Origin: an uncultured Parabacteroides sp. | GTDB lineage: Bacteria > Bacteroidota > Bacteroidia > Bacteroidales > Tannerellaceae | DNA: 52,982 bases | Reading direction: 5' to 3' | Assembly (NCBI GenBank): GCA_964481365.1 | Contig: CAYZTO010000001.1 | Location: 23,369-76,350 of the forward strand | Part shown: in pieces, positions 51,666-52,982 of the stretch | Layout: each line of letters begins with the position of its first letter | Numbering within the stretch: the stretch's first letter is position 1 | The notes under the pieces: model-generated | The model's database searches: none | Told to the model about the DNA's origin: nothing | What the model saw: only the letters and a program-made list of their open reading frames with translations | Translations under genes and position numbers: made by a program

Positions 51666-52982
51666 GATTTCATCTTTTCAAGTAACCTTTCCACACGTGT
51701 AAATACCATATTCCTCTCATCACTATCCATTCCAATAAAAAGAGATGATATCATTACCGATAAAACGTCTATAATGATAGATATGAATAAACGAAGAAAT
51801 GATGGAGGCATAGAGTAAATAATCAGAATAGATGGGATAATTGCAATTAAGGTTGTCAAAATAATAGGGCGAAATACATTTTCCACAAATATTATTGGCT
51901 TTAAAGCAATCATATCGCGTAGCAAATACATTCAGGCAACAACCACTAGGCTTTTAATAAATATATATAAGTAATAAGTTGATACGACGGAAGCTCCATA
52001 AAAGAAGAACACCCATGTTAAGGGAAATTCCAACAAACCAATTGGTGTAAGGACTAAAGCATATCGTCTTATTTTTCCTGTTGCTGCACAAGCTGTATAT
52101 CCGGAAGAACCAACACAATCAAAAATCCCCAATATCAAAGACAATTGAACAAATATCACTGTATAATCAGGAACCACTGTAAGCCATATTTCCAATATCT
52201 TTCGGGTTTCACAAATTATAGGAAAGGCCCTTAAGAGCATAGCAAAATAAGAGAACTTGGCACCACGGCATACCAATGTGTATAAAAATTCTTTCTCACC
52301 TGCTGCATAGCTCTTCACTATTTGAGGATTTATAGCCATCGTAAAACTATTGACAAATTGCAATACGGCTCCTTCTACTTGCGTAGCTATTTCCCGTGCA
52401 CAACCCCAAAATAAACATTTATCAGCATATTTACACCTTGGGTATTTATGATGCTATTGGTATTGGTAAAAAAACTCCACCCGGAAAAGCCCAACATGTC
52501 TTTAAATATATCCTTGTCAAAAACAAAACCAGTCCGGCTTTCCTCAAAATATCGATGACAATATATAGAATATATCAACCTGACAAGTATCGCGCAAAGC
52601 ATTAATAAAACAGCATAAAATACCAGCCTATCTATTGGAGAAATATATATACAAAAACAAACACCCAATTTCAATAAAGCATAAACAATACTGATATAAG
52701 CAAACGCCTTCATATGTTCATGGGCGATAATGCATGAATTATACGGAATACTTATCAAATTAATACAGAATGTTACCAACGTACATTGAATACCCATTTT
52801 GCCGCCTCCATCCTTCCGGCAGGTATCTGCATTCGCGTTTCAATAAACCATACTGCGACAATTTCTGCAACCAATAATACAATAACAGATATTCCTATTT
52901 GAATAATCAGGCTCGTAGAAAATATCCTTTTCAATTTCTCGATATCTCCACGTCCCAATTCAAAAGTTATAAAACGGCTTAT
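51662..52982 (-). pseudogene. wzx: Wzx flippase, 5' end off window, with two frameshifts and one in-frame TGA
   Basis: SRFITFELG, PYNSCIIAHEHM, FSGW, AINPQIVKSYA. Lesions near 52790, near 52400 (short deletion) and TGA at 51934-51932. Confidence 0.85.

Noticed and set aside
43163-52982. TGA recoding, since all four premature stops are TGA
   Set aside because: The stops appear to replace different residues (likely W, G, W, R), each one substitution away. Frameshifts occur alongside them, and TGA ends normal genes here (ftsY, rimO, rpmI).

Overview
Chromosomal window from a Bacteroidales bacterium, probably Parabacteroides/Tannerellaceae-like (inferred from protein content and repeated TAnnTTTG promoter boxes). 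Bases 1-43.2 kb are mostly housekeeping genes: a 3'-truncated FAD oxidoreductase, a small AraC-HTH gene, radA, a GH92 mannosidase, the complete moxR-DUF58-batABCDE-PAP2 operon, rimO, ftsY, ybaK, C69/U32/M13 family proteins, ompA, metA, a cyclophilin, a LytS/LytTR pair, tsaB, xth, thrS-infC-rpmI-rplT, ugd and a UDP-sugar epimerase. Bases 43.2-53 kb are a Wzx/Wzy surface-polysaccharide locus in decay: 7 of 9 genes carry in-frame TGA stops or frameshifts. It includes an unusual ThDP enzyme + aldo-keto reductase + pyruvyl-transferase module. The most striking unexplained signal is a set of intergenic palindromic micro-arrays with a 21-22 bp pitch. The largest is a 7 x 42 bp array at 15158-15449, built from a 21-bp monomer in alternating orientation. 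A 4 x 21 bp alternating array lies upstream of the orphan AraC gene (2064-2147), and a 3 x 22 bp array lies at 34906-34969. I found no tRNA, rRNA, cas, transposase or integrase genes. All calls are by eye, with no database searches.
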